From: Bilabrum cf. latius | Taxonomy: Eukaryota | Assembly (NCBI GenBank): GCA_965178125.1 | Contig: OZ237753.1 | Coordinates: forward strand, 434,001 to 498,000 | Direction: 5' to 3' | Length of the DNA: 64,000 nt | Part shown: one piece after another, positions 48,401 through 62,223 of the stretch | Layout of the letters: each line of letters opens with the position of its first letter | How positions within the stretch are numbered: position 1 is the first letter of the stretch | The notes under the pieces: model-generated | Databases searched by the model: none | What the model saw: the letters and a program-made list of their open reading frames with translations, nothing else | Told to the model about the DNA's origin: nothing | Made by a program: the position numbers and the translations under genes

Positions 48401-51400
48401 GCATGAAGCGCGACCGGCGCGGCAGGAAGCTCCTCGTGGGCGACTCTTCTGGGGGCGTGCATGCGATCAACCTAGCCACAGCTGCAGCGGCCAAGAGCAT
48501 GGACCCGGTTTGGGCCAACCTGAGGGTGGACGAGTAGGAGCAATCCATGCTCGGGAGGGGCAGGCAGTCGATGGACAGGCCTGCGTCCTCTACCAGCGGG
48601 CGGCGAACTCCCAGAGGACAGGATCAGCTTAGAGCTGCAGTCGTGGACATGCACTACCTGGCTAGCAGGCAAGAGGTCGTGTATTCCGGCGCGAATGGGC
48701 GGGTCATCGCAGCGGACGACTTGCCCCTCGAGGGCTGGCAGGAGGGCCAGCCCAACAGCCTGGTGCTCCGCAGGTTTGCCCCGCCAGACGTCCGTGGCAT
48801 CGACCGCGGGTCCACCTCTTCGTCGTCGCCGCAAGCATCTTCAAGGACAGGCGCGGGTCCCGGCAGCGAGGCAGCCGCGGCGGTTACCATGTCTGTCTCG
48901 GCCTCGACAAAAGCGCTGGGTCACTCTCTTAGGAGGCTGCCCATCGGCACATCGTCAGGATCTGCCGTCTCTCTGCCCAGGCTTCCGATGAGTCAGGCAA
49001 GCCAGAAGCTACAGTCCATGGTGGCATACCCATCGGACACTCCCGTATGCCTCTCCGAGACGGGACTCAGCTGCACCGCGGCCAGCGACAGACTTAACCT
49101 GCTCGCGACAGCGTCGCCTGGAGTCCTGGGTGAGCAAGGGGCGCCGCTGGTTCTGCTCTGGCAGCTGGACAAGCCGGTACTCGCAGGTGCCATCGATTTG
49201 TCCCTGCTGTCCCACTACGATGCAGCGTCCAGTCTCAGCAACACGGTGGCACCTGGCGGAGGTTCTGGTGCCGATTCCACACGCGCCGGGTCATCGTCGC
49301 AGTCTGGCCCCTTGTCGGACCCGGAGCAGAAAATAAACAGGCTCGAGGTGGTCGCCATGCGATTCTTGGAGCCCTTTGCAGCTCTGCTGATAATGACCGC
49401 TGCCGGCCACCACAGCGTGTGGGCAGTGGGCCCTTGTGGCGGCCCCGAGACCTTGCGAGCATTCTGGCAGCACCCCACCAGGGACGAAGGGGCCGCCGTG
49501 TCGGCCGTGGAGATCGTCAGGACGTCACTGGCCCCTAGCATGCTCCATGGGACCATGGGTCCGCACAACCCCATGGCTGCGGCAATGCTTGACGGCGCAT
49601 CGCAAGCAGGACCTGCTCGCTCGTCCCAAGGGCAAGGTCAGGCGGCGCCAGAGACTGCATCGCTGGAAATGGGCACCTCTGACGAGGTTCCGCTCAAGAG
49701 AGTCCCATCGCGCGGCGCCCTGGAGGCATCGCATGGACTCACGCTGTGGACCGGTGACTCAACTGGCGCGATCCACAGGTGGATGCTCCCCGCCGCCTTT
49801 TTCGAGAGGGCCGGGCTGCCGAGGATCAGGGGCCGGGTCAAGGGCAGGCCATCTGGTTTTGATGCCAGACGGCGGGCCGTTGGGGCACAGCTGCCTGAAG
49901 GTGTGACGAGGCGGCCCGGAGTGTCGTCCAGCGAGCCGGGTGCGACGGACGGCGAAGGCATGCTTGCAGCCATCGACGAGGGCAGGCCCAGCAGCTCGGG
50001 AGAAGTGGGCAGCAGCAACAGTGGCGGCGGAATCCCTGGTTTGATTGAAGAGGAAGACGAGGACTGGGAGTAGGCGTACCTACGGTCGGCTTTATCCACC
50101 GCTGGATCGCAGGATGCCAGCGCCGCTGGCCGCGGCAGGCGATCCAAAGAGGTGCCTGGGAAACGAGCAAGCTTGAGGGATGTGGCAGAGCTTCTCAAGA
50201 TGGCCGAGTCGAGCCAGCAAAGCCTGCACACGCAGGGATTTCGACCGCTTCGCGAGGCTATGCCCTGCAGCACTGAGGCCCTGTGTTCCCCGGTGTGGGA
50301 GGGCGCGTGGATGGGGCACACCGCAAGCATCCGCGACATGGAGTATTCTACTGAGGGTAAGGCGTTGGCCACGGCATCGCTTGACGGCCTGACGAGGATA
50401 TGGGACGGGGATGGTCGCCTGCTGGGCACTCTGGACACAACTCCTCGCTTCATGGCACCGGCACCGCACTGGTCGGGCGTGGTGGACCAGGCCCGCGTGT
50501 TGGCGGAAACGGAGAAGGAAGCGGCAGAGGCGAGAAGGACAGCGAAACTCGCCGTAGAAAAGGAAGCGGCCGATGGTTCCGCCTCGGAGGGCGAAGAAGA
50601 ACAGGAGGAGGCGGCGGGCCCCAAGCGGAGGCACCGAGGCGGGAAAAAGGCTGTGTATCGCAGCGGCGGCGTGGGGGTCGGCAGCTCCTCTTCTGACGAC
50701 AAGGAGTCAATGCGGCACGTCGCCGTTCTCAGAAGATACAAGCGCTCATAGGCTAGAGTTCGCACCGCTGCGGGGGCCCTGTCGCCGATGGGTACTTCCA
50801 GCAGGTCGATTCTGTCGAGGCTCGGGACATCGAGCAGAGCTCTAGGCAAGGAGGCCGAGGAGGACGGGCAAGACGCGGATGCTCTTGCCGCGCAGTCAGA
50901 GCTGGAGCGAAATGCGACCAAGGCGCTTGCGCCGCATGAATCGCGGAAGGGACTGGCCAGCAGCCACGTGTTCGATGGAACAGAGCCATCCCCCCTCGGT
51001 AAGGGGCGGTGCGTTGTGGCAGTAGAGCGCGTCAGCGGGGGCGATCGGCCTGGTACTGTGTTCGCTGGCCCAGCACCGAGGCACGGGCCGGTGACGTGGC
51101 ATTTCCGGATGGATCTGGTGACTCGCACAAAGAAAGAGCTGGACGACGCCCGTGACGTCATGCGGATGGTATCGATGATTCGGATGCGTAAGAAGGGGAA
51201 AGGTTTCCAAGCCAAGGCATGGCTGCAGCAGAGGCGAGCCAGCAAGGTGCAAGGCGACTTGGAGGGAGACGACGGCTTTGAGGAGGATCGCAAAGCGATG
51301 CGCTCCGGCAGGAAGCCGGGACCCATGTCTGAGCAAGAGCAGGAGACAGAGAGAAGACGGCGGGATGACGATGCCGCGCGCGCTGCCATGAATGGACCAG

Positions 51401-52704
51401 ACGTGATGGGGGACGAGTTCAGGCAAGAAGACAAGCTAGAGTTGCTTGTGGGAACCCTGGTGTCGAGGAAACAGGGCGGTCTGGTCGGAGACCAGGCCGT
51501 GGATGCAGCAGTGCTACAAAGGCAGCAGGAGGACAGGATCGAGGAGGAGGAGAAAAAGGCCGAGCAGGAGCGCGAGAAGCTCCGGCTTGCAAAGAGCATC
51601 GGAGACAGCGAGGTACACGGCGATCCTAGTAGCAGTAGCGATCAAGGAGGCACTGCTCAAGGAAAGAAAGGCGCTTCACGCCTTGGCGCACTGCTGAGAA
51701 GTAGTGCACGAGGCAGCACCACGCCGCAATCCAAACCTGCAAAGATTGACCGCTTGCACATTGTGGCACCCATTGGCCCAGGCAAGGGCGGCAGGCTGGC
51801 AGCCTAGGTGCTCGGCGAGTTCTCGCCCGAGAGGGTTCGTTCTCGCAGCCAGTCTGCCACACCGAACCGCTCGCCCAGTGGGCCGGGGTCTGTAGATGCG
51901 GCTGGTGGGATTCCCGTTCTTGGACGGCTCGAGGACGAGGGCAAAGAGACTGAAAGAGCTGCTTAGCTGGCGGGGTAGTTTGAAAGTAAAGCAAATGAAG
52001 CAGATGGGGCTGGCTCTGGGCAGCACGTCACTTTCTTGACTGCAGGTATGGAGCTGCAAGGACGGGAAACCCAACTCGAAGGCGCTGGGCCAGGCGGTAG
52101 CCCCGGTCTAGAGCCAGCCAGTGTAGTGGCACCGCATGCAGCCGACAAGCCTGAGGCCAAGGCAGGATCGAGCTTGAAAACAAGCAAGCCAACACGGAAG
52201 AAGATGTTCCGTTCTGAAGAGAACAGACTGGCGCACGCCGGCACGGCCGAGCTGAAGCGCCTGCTGGGGCAGGTCAACGCCAAGATGAAAGCAGCTGCCT
52301 CCAAGGTGAAGGACCTCGACGAGGCCGCCTCAAAGAGAATCGAGAGCATTCTGGAGACGGCTGGGGGCCTCGGAAACCAGCCCAGGCTGGGGCAGGCCAC
52401 GCGCGGGAGGGAATACATCAAGATGCACAAGAACCTGGGCCAGTGCCGCTCGTCCATGGGCCTCAGCGCACTCCCTGTCTCCAAGCTCAGCACGGTGGAG
52501 CAGAACATGCTGGAGACGTCCAAGCCGGGGACTGTGTGCGCCGCAGTGCGGCACATTCGCAAGGCGAGGGAGAGGGCGGGCAGCATCGGTGGCACGATGA
52601 TCAGTCCCTTGCGGCAGGCTGCCAAAGAGGCCCTCAGTGCCGGACGTGGTGCAGCCAGGGGATCGTTGGATCCATCCGCGGCACTGGAGGGTGGGGCGCT
52701 TTGA
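45460..52704 (+). CDS. ~2414-aa EF-hand + WD40 repeat protein (EFCAB8/WDR49-like architecture) with long low-complexity insertions
   Basis: Eight track ORFs are in one frame, joined only by TAG. It has an N-terminal FREIDANDDLTLEWNEL EF-hand and WD motifs (LLTGGTDGCIHVYD, GHEYG..VRVW, GHTASIRDM..ASLDGLTRIWD). Ends in TGA. Confidence 0.8.
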
Positions 52705-52852
52705 TGCGGGTCGGATCGCAGCTTCTATTTGATAGAGTGTTGCGCGTTGTAGGGGCGGCGTTTGCCTGAAATGTTGAGATCAGCTCAAATAAGGAGATTC
52801 CTTGCTGTCACATGTGTCTACCAGCACATTGGAGCCCCCCCTTTCCACATGA

Positions 52853-55091
52853 TCATGTTGCTGGGGCGCTCGCACTGCTGCTACTGCTGCTGGTTGCAGA
52901 ACTACTCTGGGCGGACCCCGCACCGCTGGACGCTGCTGGAACGGTAGCCTATTCAGCAGGAAGCTTGCCCAGCCCTGCAACCGCCTGCTTACTCTGAGCC
53001 TGGGCGGCAGTAACAGCATGCCCGCGATGCTAGAGCTGCTTTTGCATCGCCGCGGTCCTACGTCGAGCCTCCAGCTCTGCCTTCCGCGCAGCCTGTACAG
53101 TGCGAGTCACCTCCGTCTCCGTCAGGTTCTCGGCGATGCACTGCTGCGTGTGGTGGGCGATGCGCACGAAGTTGGGGCGAGTCTTGGCGGGACGAAGCCG
53201 GATGGGTTTCCACATGCGCCAAAAGGTGCCTGCTTTGACGCACTGCGCAGCAACACGTGCGGCTACGCCTGCTTCGAAAGCGGAGGAAACGGCCGGCCCC
53301 CGCCCGGCGGCGGTGCCCGCGCCTGCAGCTGGGCTGGCCAGTGCTTTCTCGGTCTCGTCCGCTACATCAATCGCGCACTCAATGATCACGCAATCGGCGT
53401 CCAAGTGACGGCTGACGCTTTCAAGGGCCAAAGCTAGCTCGCTGGTGACTGTACACGCCGCGACTGCGCTCATCCCCCCGCCTTGCACGGTGACCGACAG
53501 GGGGATCATGTGGGCCTTGGGCCCACCGCCGCGCCTTGCTGCTGTTGCTGCGGCTGCGATGTCTCCTGTCTGCGCCGCGAAATCGATCGTGTTGTCCAGC
53601 AGCGGCTTCCACTTGAGAATGGGCGGAGTCTTCTTCGCCTGCCAGAGCAAGAGGTCCAGGTAAGAAAAGCTCTCGGGGGTGAACACTAGGCCGTCGTTGA
53701 CGTTGTGCCTGGAACCTTCCTTGTACACACGGACGTGGGCGCCTGCAGACATCAGGGCCTCTGCTTGCGCCACTGCCTCTTTGAGCGGGTCCGATGCGCC
53801 AGAGCTGGAACTGACGGTGCTGCCAGACTGCGCCGCTGCTTGCACTGAAGGCTTGCTTGCGGAAGAGGAGGGTCCCTCTGTGCGGGGCCGCTTGGGGTCC
53901 TTTTCGTGGCCTGTGGCTCCGTTCTTGGCAGCTTTCGCCCCGCCCACCGCGGATGGCCCGGTCAGGCCAGCGCTGGGCACCTCCCTGACGCACCTGGACA
54001 CTTCAGCGGTGTCGTACGCTCGCCTGAAGCACTTGCCAATCAACTCTAGCTGCGCACAGCATGAATATGTAGGATAAATTTGGAAATGGTGCAGGGGTGT
54101 GAAAACCGATGCACACTGGCAGCAAGTGCAGCCTTGGCATACCGAAATTGGGGCGACATGCAGAGATCCAGCGTGGTAGTCGTCACACCAGTGGCCCCCC
54201 AGCGGGTCTGAACGTGCATTCATTGCAACAAGACACTATGCAGACAAGTATGGTTCTCTCACCGGCAGCTGCGACCTCTTGCTCGCCTTCCTGGCGTCGT
54301 CTGCCATCTTGCAGGGCACGCGCACCTTGCGCCCGATGCAGTCCAGTCGCCTGGAAAGCGGCATGTCACCCACCCTCGTGTCGCAGTAGGTGATCACATC
54401 AAACACAAGGAAGACTCGCCTGCCCGACCCAGGGGGCGACTCGACGAGTTCCCCGTCGAGCAGGGAACAAGTGCCCTTGCTCGGAGCGAGCATTGTCGAG
54501 TACTCTGCTTGGATCTCAGCGTCTTTTGTCGCGTCGGCGGCGCAAATTCGCTCGGCGGAAAAAGCCCGGTCGAACAGAACCGCAATGTTTCTGCAAAAGT
54601 AGTCTTGTTGGAGCGGGTGCAATTAGAATCGACTGCCACTGGCAGCATGTAGTTGCAGCGTGGTGCAGCCTGCAGATGCCTTCCTCACAACCCGTCTTTG
54701 TCGTTCACTGCTAGGAGCATCCTGCGCTCCCCATCGCTCTTTTCGCAAACCCAATAGACATGCTTGCAAACGTAAGAAGCAAGCGATTCTCTCTCCAGCG
54801 ACGTTGCCAGCGGGCCAGGAAGCTACCGCCTGCCAGACAAATCTGCGCATCAGCCTCCAGTGAGCAAGCGTACGAAGTTAATTTTTCATGCATATCTTAT
54901 CAAGTAAATTAATAGCGCCCTGATCGCTCACATCTGCTCGGATCGTACGGACTACTACCAAATATGCATCCAAGTAGAGCTCGCTGCAAGGGCGGCTCCT
55001 CAGACACTTTCACAGGGACCAATCGAAGATGCAGCCGATCGGAAGAGGCTGTATGCTTAATTTCGCTTCTTGGTCGTTTCAAGGCTGCCAT
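52853..55091 (-). CDS. mRNA capping guanylyltransferase (stand-alone, multi-exon)
   Basis: Nucleotidyltransferase motifs: I YWVCEKSDGER (~54730-54756), III LLDGELV, IIIa FLVFDVI, IV NDGLVF, V ILKWKP and VI RPAKTRPN. Frame changes imply several introns that I did not map exactly. Reading through TAG at 53030 gives a TGA stop at 52853. Confidence 0.85.
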
Positions 55092-55302
55092 TTCAGCACA
55101 GGAAAGTACGTGAACTGCGTGCCAATAAAGTTGCAACTTTTTTGCTACGCAGCGAAGGTTCGTTGGTTTGATTCGCTGGATTGCTTCGGGCAAGGCCATG
55201 CGTGAGCTGATTGGTGGAAGAAGGAAACCTTGATACACAGTGTGGACATTACATGGTGGCGATACCCACGCCAACTTAACGTCAAGTCGTCCGGCAGTCT
55301 TG

Positions 55303-55650
55303 TCACGTACCAGCGCCACCTCCGGCAGCCTCTGCAACGACCACACTGCCCTCTTTCTTATCCAGCGCCCCAACCTCACCTTCCTCTGGCACAGACCTTG
55401 CATACAGCTTGATCTCAACGCTGTCATGCGCTCCCTTCAGCAGCATTTTTCCCTTGAAGAAAACGATCTTGCGCTTCTTGGCTGCTAGCAGCGTGCCCAC
55501 AAGTGCCTCAAACACCTGCTAACACCTATCATCGTCGAACAAATCACCAAAGGTAACGATGTACTTCCCGTCATCCTGCTTCTTCCCCAATCGAACTATC
55601 TCGAATCTCAGCTGGTCAACCTCCTCCTCAATCTGGGAAGCATCAGCCAT
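55303..55650 (-). CDS. Costars-family protein (ABRACL-like)
   Basis: Translates as IEEEVDQLRFEIVRLG..VTFGDLFDDDRC*QVFEALVGTLLAAKKRKIV..MLLKGAHDSV, with one in-frame TAG (55519-21). Ends in TGA. Confidence 0.9.
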
Positions 55651-55847
55651 TATCCACTCAGATTAAACGCAGAAACGCCGTGTGTAATCCTTGCCAACCA
55701 ATAGAAGGTGTTGGTAATGCTGCCAAGCCGGTTCCAGCTCTGCCTTTACTAAACACACTGTGGCACAGCAAAGTTTCTGTTCCGTTCAGCTCAACTCGGA
55801 GCGGATCTTCGAGTTGCGATTGACAAGCTAGACCTACAAGAGGACCC

Positions 55848-57122
55848 ATGTTGCTCCGTATTACAGCCTTGATACCATTTTTACTCGCTTGTGACGGAAT
55901 TCTTGTCTTAGAAGCAGATGGGAACTTTGTGATAAGCCAAATTACTGACTTGCACTACGGCGAGGCCGAGAGCCTAGACTGGGGCCCAGCTTAGGACCAT
56001 AATTCGACCAGAGTCATGAGGCTAGTCCTTCCGAGAGTTAAACCAGGTCTGGCTATGTTTACTGGAGATGCGATCACCGGAAATAACGTTCATGCAAACG
56101 CCACGTCGTACCTATTTGAGCTGACCGAGGTCGCCAGGCAGATTGGCATTCCTCATGCGTACTTGCTTGGGAATCACGATTGCATGCCGTTTCAGTCGAT
56201 TGCGTATCACTCTCACACAAAGGAAACGGGGCATCGCTCGACGGCAAGCGAACATGACAGCATTCCCGTCTCGATGGATGGGAAACGACAGCACCTGGCC
56301 GCCAGCATGCCCACTGGGTCAGTAGGTGGCTCATCTCACCAACAATCATTACAATTGGCTGCCCCGGCGACCAAAATAGGTCGCCGCGAGCTTCTCTAGT
56401 ACGACACCACGCTCCCTGGCAGCCAGTCCAAGATGGGCCCAGCGAACGTCACGGGGGCTTCCAACTACGTGATCGAGGTGCAGTTCGACGATTCGCGGTC
56501 GGTGTGGGCAGGCAGCACAGGCAGGCCCGCCCTGCTCATCGCGGTGCTTGACACGGGCGGCGGGGACGCGCCCGAGACGATCACGCAGTCGCAGGTGGAC
56601 TGGATGGAGCAAGAGCTCAGCCGGATCGGGAGGGTGCACCGCACTGATGTAAACGGCCCCATACCGATGCTGGTGTACTTCCATATCCCGACGTAGGAGT
56701 TTCAGCGCAGCCGCAATGCGAGCAGCAGAGAGGGTGCTCCGAGCAAGTGCTTCGGGTTCGTCGATGACGGCATTTCGCCCGTTGAGCCAGGCTCTGCCGA
56801 CCTTGTTGGGCTGCTCGCGCAGAGCAAGGTCCGATTTGGCATCGTGCCAGTGGCTGCGTCTGTGGGTCACGATCACGGGAGAGACGATTGCTGCCGGTGG
56901 GAGGGGGTCTGGCTATGTTTTGGGCGACACTCAGGCTACGGGGGATACGGGAGCTGGGCGCGGGGGCTGCGGAACATCCGGGTGCGGTATCCGAGCGTTG
57001 GTGCTGGTGTTAGGCAGGGTGGTAGTATGGTGCCGTTTCCTCGCGTGGATACTTGGGTGAGTATGGAGGACGGGACGGATCGAGACGATGGTTTGCTGGC
57101 GGCTGGTTCCTCCTCCAACTGA
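55848..57122 (+). CDS. Calcineurin-like metallophosphoesterase (PAP16/DCR2-like) with a signal peptide
   Basis: Motifs TDLHYGE..DWGPA*D, FTGDAI, GNHD, FHIPT*EF, GHDH and GRHSGYGGYGSWARG are present, with three in-frame TAGs. Ends in TGA. Confidence 0.9.
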
Positions 57123-57383
57123 AGTCAGGGGAAGTGCCACTGGCAGTGCTGATTTATCCTTCGTCATCGCACAGACTCTTCTCATCTCATTCGACGCCAA
57201 CAACGAATAAGGCTCTGGCTCCTTACCATCGGCACACCGCGCAACAGAATGTTGCCCACTGTGCTCGGCCAATGCAATCTAACTCGTCACCTCCAGCAAG
57301 CGCGGCGGCAGACCCGACTGTGAGGCATCTATAAATTCGAACGGAGCAGAGCCGAACCAGCAGATCGCAGAAAAAGTGCAGCC

Positions 57384-58841
57384 ATGGCAGGTAACGAGTC
57401 TGCGATCGACTCACCATTGCTTGCAGATGGACTTGATGGTGTATCATTAGAGGCTCACACTCCATCTCCTCGGACTGGTAGTTTCCAGGTTCGTAGGCGA
57501 CCGCCGTCGGGAGCAGGGTCGAGTATCATGCCGCAAGGAACCATCAATTCCGGCGATATTGAAAATTAGAGTCTCATGGGATCGCTTGAAAAGCCTAATG
57601 GCGGCAGTGATGACGCAAAAGATGGCGTGACAATGGTAGCGTTCGCTGGAGCCGTGTCCAACCTTGCCAATGCGGCGGTTGGTGCAGGAGTGCTCGCGTT
57701 TCCCGTCGCATTCATGTACTGCGGCTTGGTTCTAGGGATCATAGTCAGCCTCTTCTTTGCACTTTTGATGGGGTTTACCCTGCACATTCTCGCGGTTGCT
57801 GCGGATGCATCAAAAGCCGATTCCTACTAGGGTGTAATCGAGCACGCGCTGGGACCCCTTGCCGGCCTTGTGGTCAAGTGCTCCATGACGCTGTACCTGT
57901 TTGGCGCGTTGGTGGCCTACCTGAACCTGATCAAGGACCAGGTGCAGAGCATCGCCGGTCACGACCCGTCGCTGCGCCACACGGCGCTCAACAACCCATG
58001 GCTCATCGTGCCGGTCGTGGCGGTTGGAATCGTGGGCCCCCTGTGCCTCCTGAAGAACCTCGATTCGCTGCAATTCACGTCGTTCCTGGCCGTCCTCTCC
58101 GTCGTGTTCCTCGAAGGCGACGTGCTGTACCGGTCGGCGGAATTCCTGCACTCCAACGGGGGGGCTGCCGACGGGGTGGTGAACTTCCGGTGGAGCATGA
58201 AGCTGTTCGCCTCCGTGCCTCTCATCGCCTTCGCGCTGCAGTGCCATCTGGTCTTTGTTCCGGTTTACCACTCCCTCGCCAAGCACGGGGGCACGCCCGG
58301 CCTGATGGACTGGGTCTCTGCGGCCACATTCCTCGTGTGCCTCGGGCTGTACCTCCCGACGGGGGCGCTGGGATACATGCGCTTTGGGAACGCGACGAAC
58401 GGTGACGTCCTCACCAACATGGGCTTTGCCATCGACACCAATATCGCCAGGGTGTGCATCGCACTGACGGGGCTCTTCTCCTACCCCCTGCTCATGTACG
58501 TCGCGAGGACCTCCTTATCCGACCTGATCAATGTGCTCGTCACACCGGACAACAAAACCAAGCTGGTGGACGACAACTGGCGGTTCTACGGGCTGACTGC
58601 GGGCTTCCTTCTGACTTCTGCCGTGGTGAGTTCTGCGGTGGACGATCTCTCCACCGTGCTGGGGGTGACGGGCAGCACGGCCGCGGTGGTGCAGGTGTTC
58701 ATCATGCCAGGGCTGGCTTGGAATCAGATCCACAAGGAAAGCAAGAACTGGGTGTGGCACTATGTCGTCGGGTGGGGGCTCGTTGTGTTTGGGGTAGTGA
58801 TCGGAGCGGTGGCGCTGTGGCAGACGCTCGAGCCTGCGTGA
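57384..58841 (+). CDS. Amino acid/auxin permease (AAAP, SLC38-like) transporter
   Basis: Motifs NLANAAVGAGVLAFPVAF, SY*GVI, FALQCH, GYMRFG and SYPL are present, with many hydrophobic segments and two in-frame TAGs. Ends in TGA. Confidence 0.9.
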
Positions 58842-58963
58842 AAACAATAAAATGCTATCATGATTGCCTGAAAGATGATATTGTTCGGAGATCGGATTCG
58901 GTGCGCCCTGCCTCGTTCACTTAATCAACTTGAACCACTGCCAGAAGTAATGTCCATGCTCGC

Positions 58964-61405
58964 TCAGTCTCCGGCCGACATGCCTTGCAGCGATCCAGCT
59001 CGCTTCAGCAGCGGCTCCAGCATGTCTCGCCTGCCCATTGCGAGGTCCCGCGACTTGCCCCAATCCGGAGACTTTTTCGCCGCGAATCCCTGCGGCAGGA
59101 ACGACTTTTCGCCGGGCGCCGGAGCAGCCGGAGCAGGTGCTCCGTGCTCGCCCTGCACCAGCTTGGTCGCGAGCTGCTCGCTCGAAGGAAGCCACTGCGT
59201 CCCAGACGCTCCCCCTTTCCTGCTCGTGCTCGTGCCACCGCCCTTCCCTGCTGCGTCATGCTCCCTGCTTCCGCTTCCACTCCCACTTCTGTCGTGAGTT
59301 CCCAACGCCACCGGCACTGGGCTGTGGGAGCGGAGTTTCCCTCCTTGGCCGGGCGACGAGGAACGAGAGGGGGACCGCCTGTCCTGCTCCTGTTGGCCAC
59401 GGCCAGTGCCACCCGCAGACAGCGGCGACCCGGCCATGCTCGCATGCCCCGAGGCAAGTGCTCGGAGCTGCTTAGCGAGGGGGCTGGACTGCCCCCCCAG
59501 CGCTCGAGACAGGGTCCCCTCCTGCTGCTTGGGACTCTGTGATGGAGCGGAACCACCGGCGCCGCGCATTTCCTCCTCCTCGACCCCGGCTTCCCTCAGC
59601 TGCTCTTCGGCCCGCTGTATCCACCCCGCCCCCGTGCGGTGCACAGGGCGCATCGCTTGCTCCCCGTCAGCCACTGGCACCGCGTCGCTGTACCCATCCC
59701 CTTGCCCTCCTTGGTATAAGCCAGCCTGCACCGCCCCGACGGTTAGCCCGTCCTCATCGTACTGCCCTCCCACAGTGGGCCCGTCCACCAGCCCCTCCTG
59801 CTCCTCGTCCGAATCGTCTGACATGACGATACCGCTGCCGTAGATCGGGACGTCTGCGGGCTCCTGCTCCTTGTTCCCTGACCCATGCTCGACCTTTTCT
59901 TCGTCCTCGTCCTCGTCTTCTTCCGGCCCTTCATCTTCGGTTTTGGTGGCATCCACGCCCACCAGCTGACCAGCGAACTTGCCCAGCGCCAGCCCATCCG
60001 CGAGATCGTCGACCTCGGCATCAGCAGCAGTGCTTGCAGACAGCTCAGTGGCCTCTTCTTGCTGCGTTCGCTTCTTGCTCTTTCCAGAGCTCTGAGCGGC
60101 ATCGATCGCTACGAGCTTCGAGGACGGCGAGGACGAAGACGCCGATGGTGACCCGGCCACGGCCGCCCGCACGTCCCTCCGCAGCTGCTCGAAGCGCAGC
60201 TCGTGCATCCGCCTGGCCTCTGCGGGATCCAGGGCCCGTCGGGCGCGGCTCTGCATGAAGCGGGGCTTCGCAGACGGTGACGAGTAGGTTCCGCCGGAAT
60301 GCGCGGCGCCGTTTCCACCGTGCAGCCGTGACCTGGACGGTGACGAGTGTGCCAGCGAAGTAGTGCCCCCCGGGTGATTGATCTCGGGGGACATGAAGCG
60401 GTCGATCGCCACCATCGAGTCGCCATCCACCGTGTGGCGGGGGAGGCGCTTGTCGGGCACGTGTGGGTCAAAGTTCCACGGTGGGGGGAGGAGCTGATGG
60501 GCCGATGTGTCACTGCCAGGGCCGGCGCCGCGTTGGCCGGGGGACCCAGGGCCGACCCCCGGTCCACCGGTGGAGTGGGAGTGCGGGTGCGTGTCGACCG
60601 AGCTGAGCAGCTCGGCGGGGTGCAGCGGGCCCACCTGCCTGCCCCCCCAGTGCCCCGCCCTTGGCTGAGCCAGGGTGGCCTTGCGCTCTGCTTTGGCGCG
60701 GGCGGCTGCCTTGCGCATCAGGTGACCCTCCCAACCGCTGGGCTGGCCCTCCGGGCCCCACCGCCTGCGAAACGCGGCGCCGCGCGCGACGCGGCCGGTT
60801 CCGGCGAGGGCCGCCGGAGCGGAGGAGCCGAGGGCTGCGGAACCGGTCGTGGCGGCGAGCTGGGATGCGCGGCGCCGGTGCCTGCGCTCCTTTCGCGCCT
60901 CTTCGGCCGCAGCCGCCTCCGCGGCCTCGGCTTCTTCTTTTGCTTTCCTCTCTGATTCCTCCTTTTGTTTCTGCAGGGCCACGACGGCAACACGTGGAGG
61001 GCCAGGGGCAGATCCACGGCGCCCCTCGCGGCCCGGCTTTGACGGAGCTGCGCGACCTTGTTTCGGCGGGGACTTACCGCTACCGCTACCGCTTGCGCCC
61101 GTCTCGCTAGGAAACGATGCAGTTTTGACGTTTCGCGCATCAACATGGGCTTCATGCTTAGCCCGGGCCGCGCTGCTTGCCGCTGGCTGCCTGGATGCTC
61201 GGACTTTCGACTTTCGTGGCACGACTGAGCTTACCAGCACCTAAGGGCGGCGATGGGGGTCTTCATGCGCATCTGCATTGCTAGAGACTTGCTCAGGATC
61301 CCTCAGCCGAGCCTCCTTTCGTGTTGGGCCTGGCTCAGCCTGGCTACCATCGGATTCCACCGGCAGCTCCATCGGTGCGCTCTCCCCTTCGAAATCGTGC
61401 TCCAT
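58964..61405 (-). CDS. Hypothetical low-complexity protein (~810 aa)
   Basis: A 758-aa ORF extends upstream through the TAG at 61241 to an ATG at 61405 (alternatively 61582). Ends in TGA. No family recognised. Confidence 0.6.
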
Positions 61406-62223
61406 TTCTAGCAGGTTGCTGGGTGTGCGATAATTGAAAACGTACGTGTATGAGTTCTGCGATGCTAACTTGGGCTTACGCTGGCAAATGCGAAAGATCC
61501 GGGCTTGGTACACGAGCACAAATTGCACCCTCTGCTGTGCTGGTGTCATCAGCAGATTCAAAACCAGCCTTTTGCGCGCCATTTAGTTACAAAGCAACAT
61601 TTCGTTTTATGTTGGCGGGTGACAAACAATCATGATGCTAGAACCGACCGTTTACCGGTGCGCTGCTAGTCGGGTCAATGCCAAAGCACCATGTTCACGT
61701 GAGCGCTTGAATTAACCATCAAGGTCGCAGTATGAGAACGAATAATCGAACTTACATCTTCCGCTCACTGCAGTCGTAGGGTCGTTCAATGTTCAGCGCA
61801 GTGCTTGCATCGGTCTCGCCGCCCTGCCTGGTCGCATGCCTGTGACGATCGAACCGTGGCGACCGGATTTACCGTGTGCGATACCATCAGAGGCTTCGCT
61901 AATTTATAAATGGGTTTCTGGACCACGTCTATCAAGGGTGAGAGTGCCCCCGACGCACTCTTGCACGAATCATCGGTACAGTTGCCGAGCACTTGCAGTG
62001 CCAGTGGCTCCCACCCAAACACCCCGACCCCCAGCCCAACCCTATGCCAGAGCCCAGAGCCGCCCCCCCGTCTCGTGATTTTCCCTTCCTTGCCTACTCT
62101 CGAGCACGCAGACAATAATGCCCAGTACTTGGAAACACCATTGAAATATGTACACGGCTTCACCCTCTGGTACCTGATACCACGCTAGCTCCAATCACTG
62201 GTCTTGGATCCAACCGGACAGGC

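Noticed and set aside
26780-51599. Long antisense ORFs (e.g. 26780-28333, 44447-45289, 49638-51599)
   Set aside because: They are shadows of GC3-rich sense genes and have no independent motifs.
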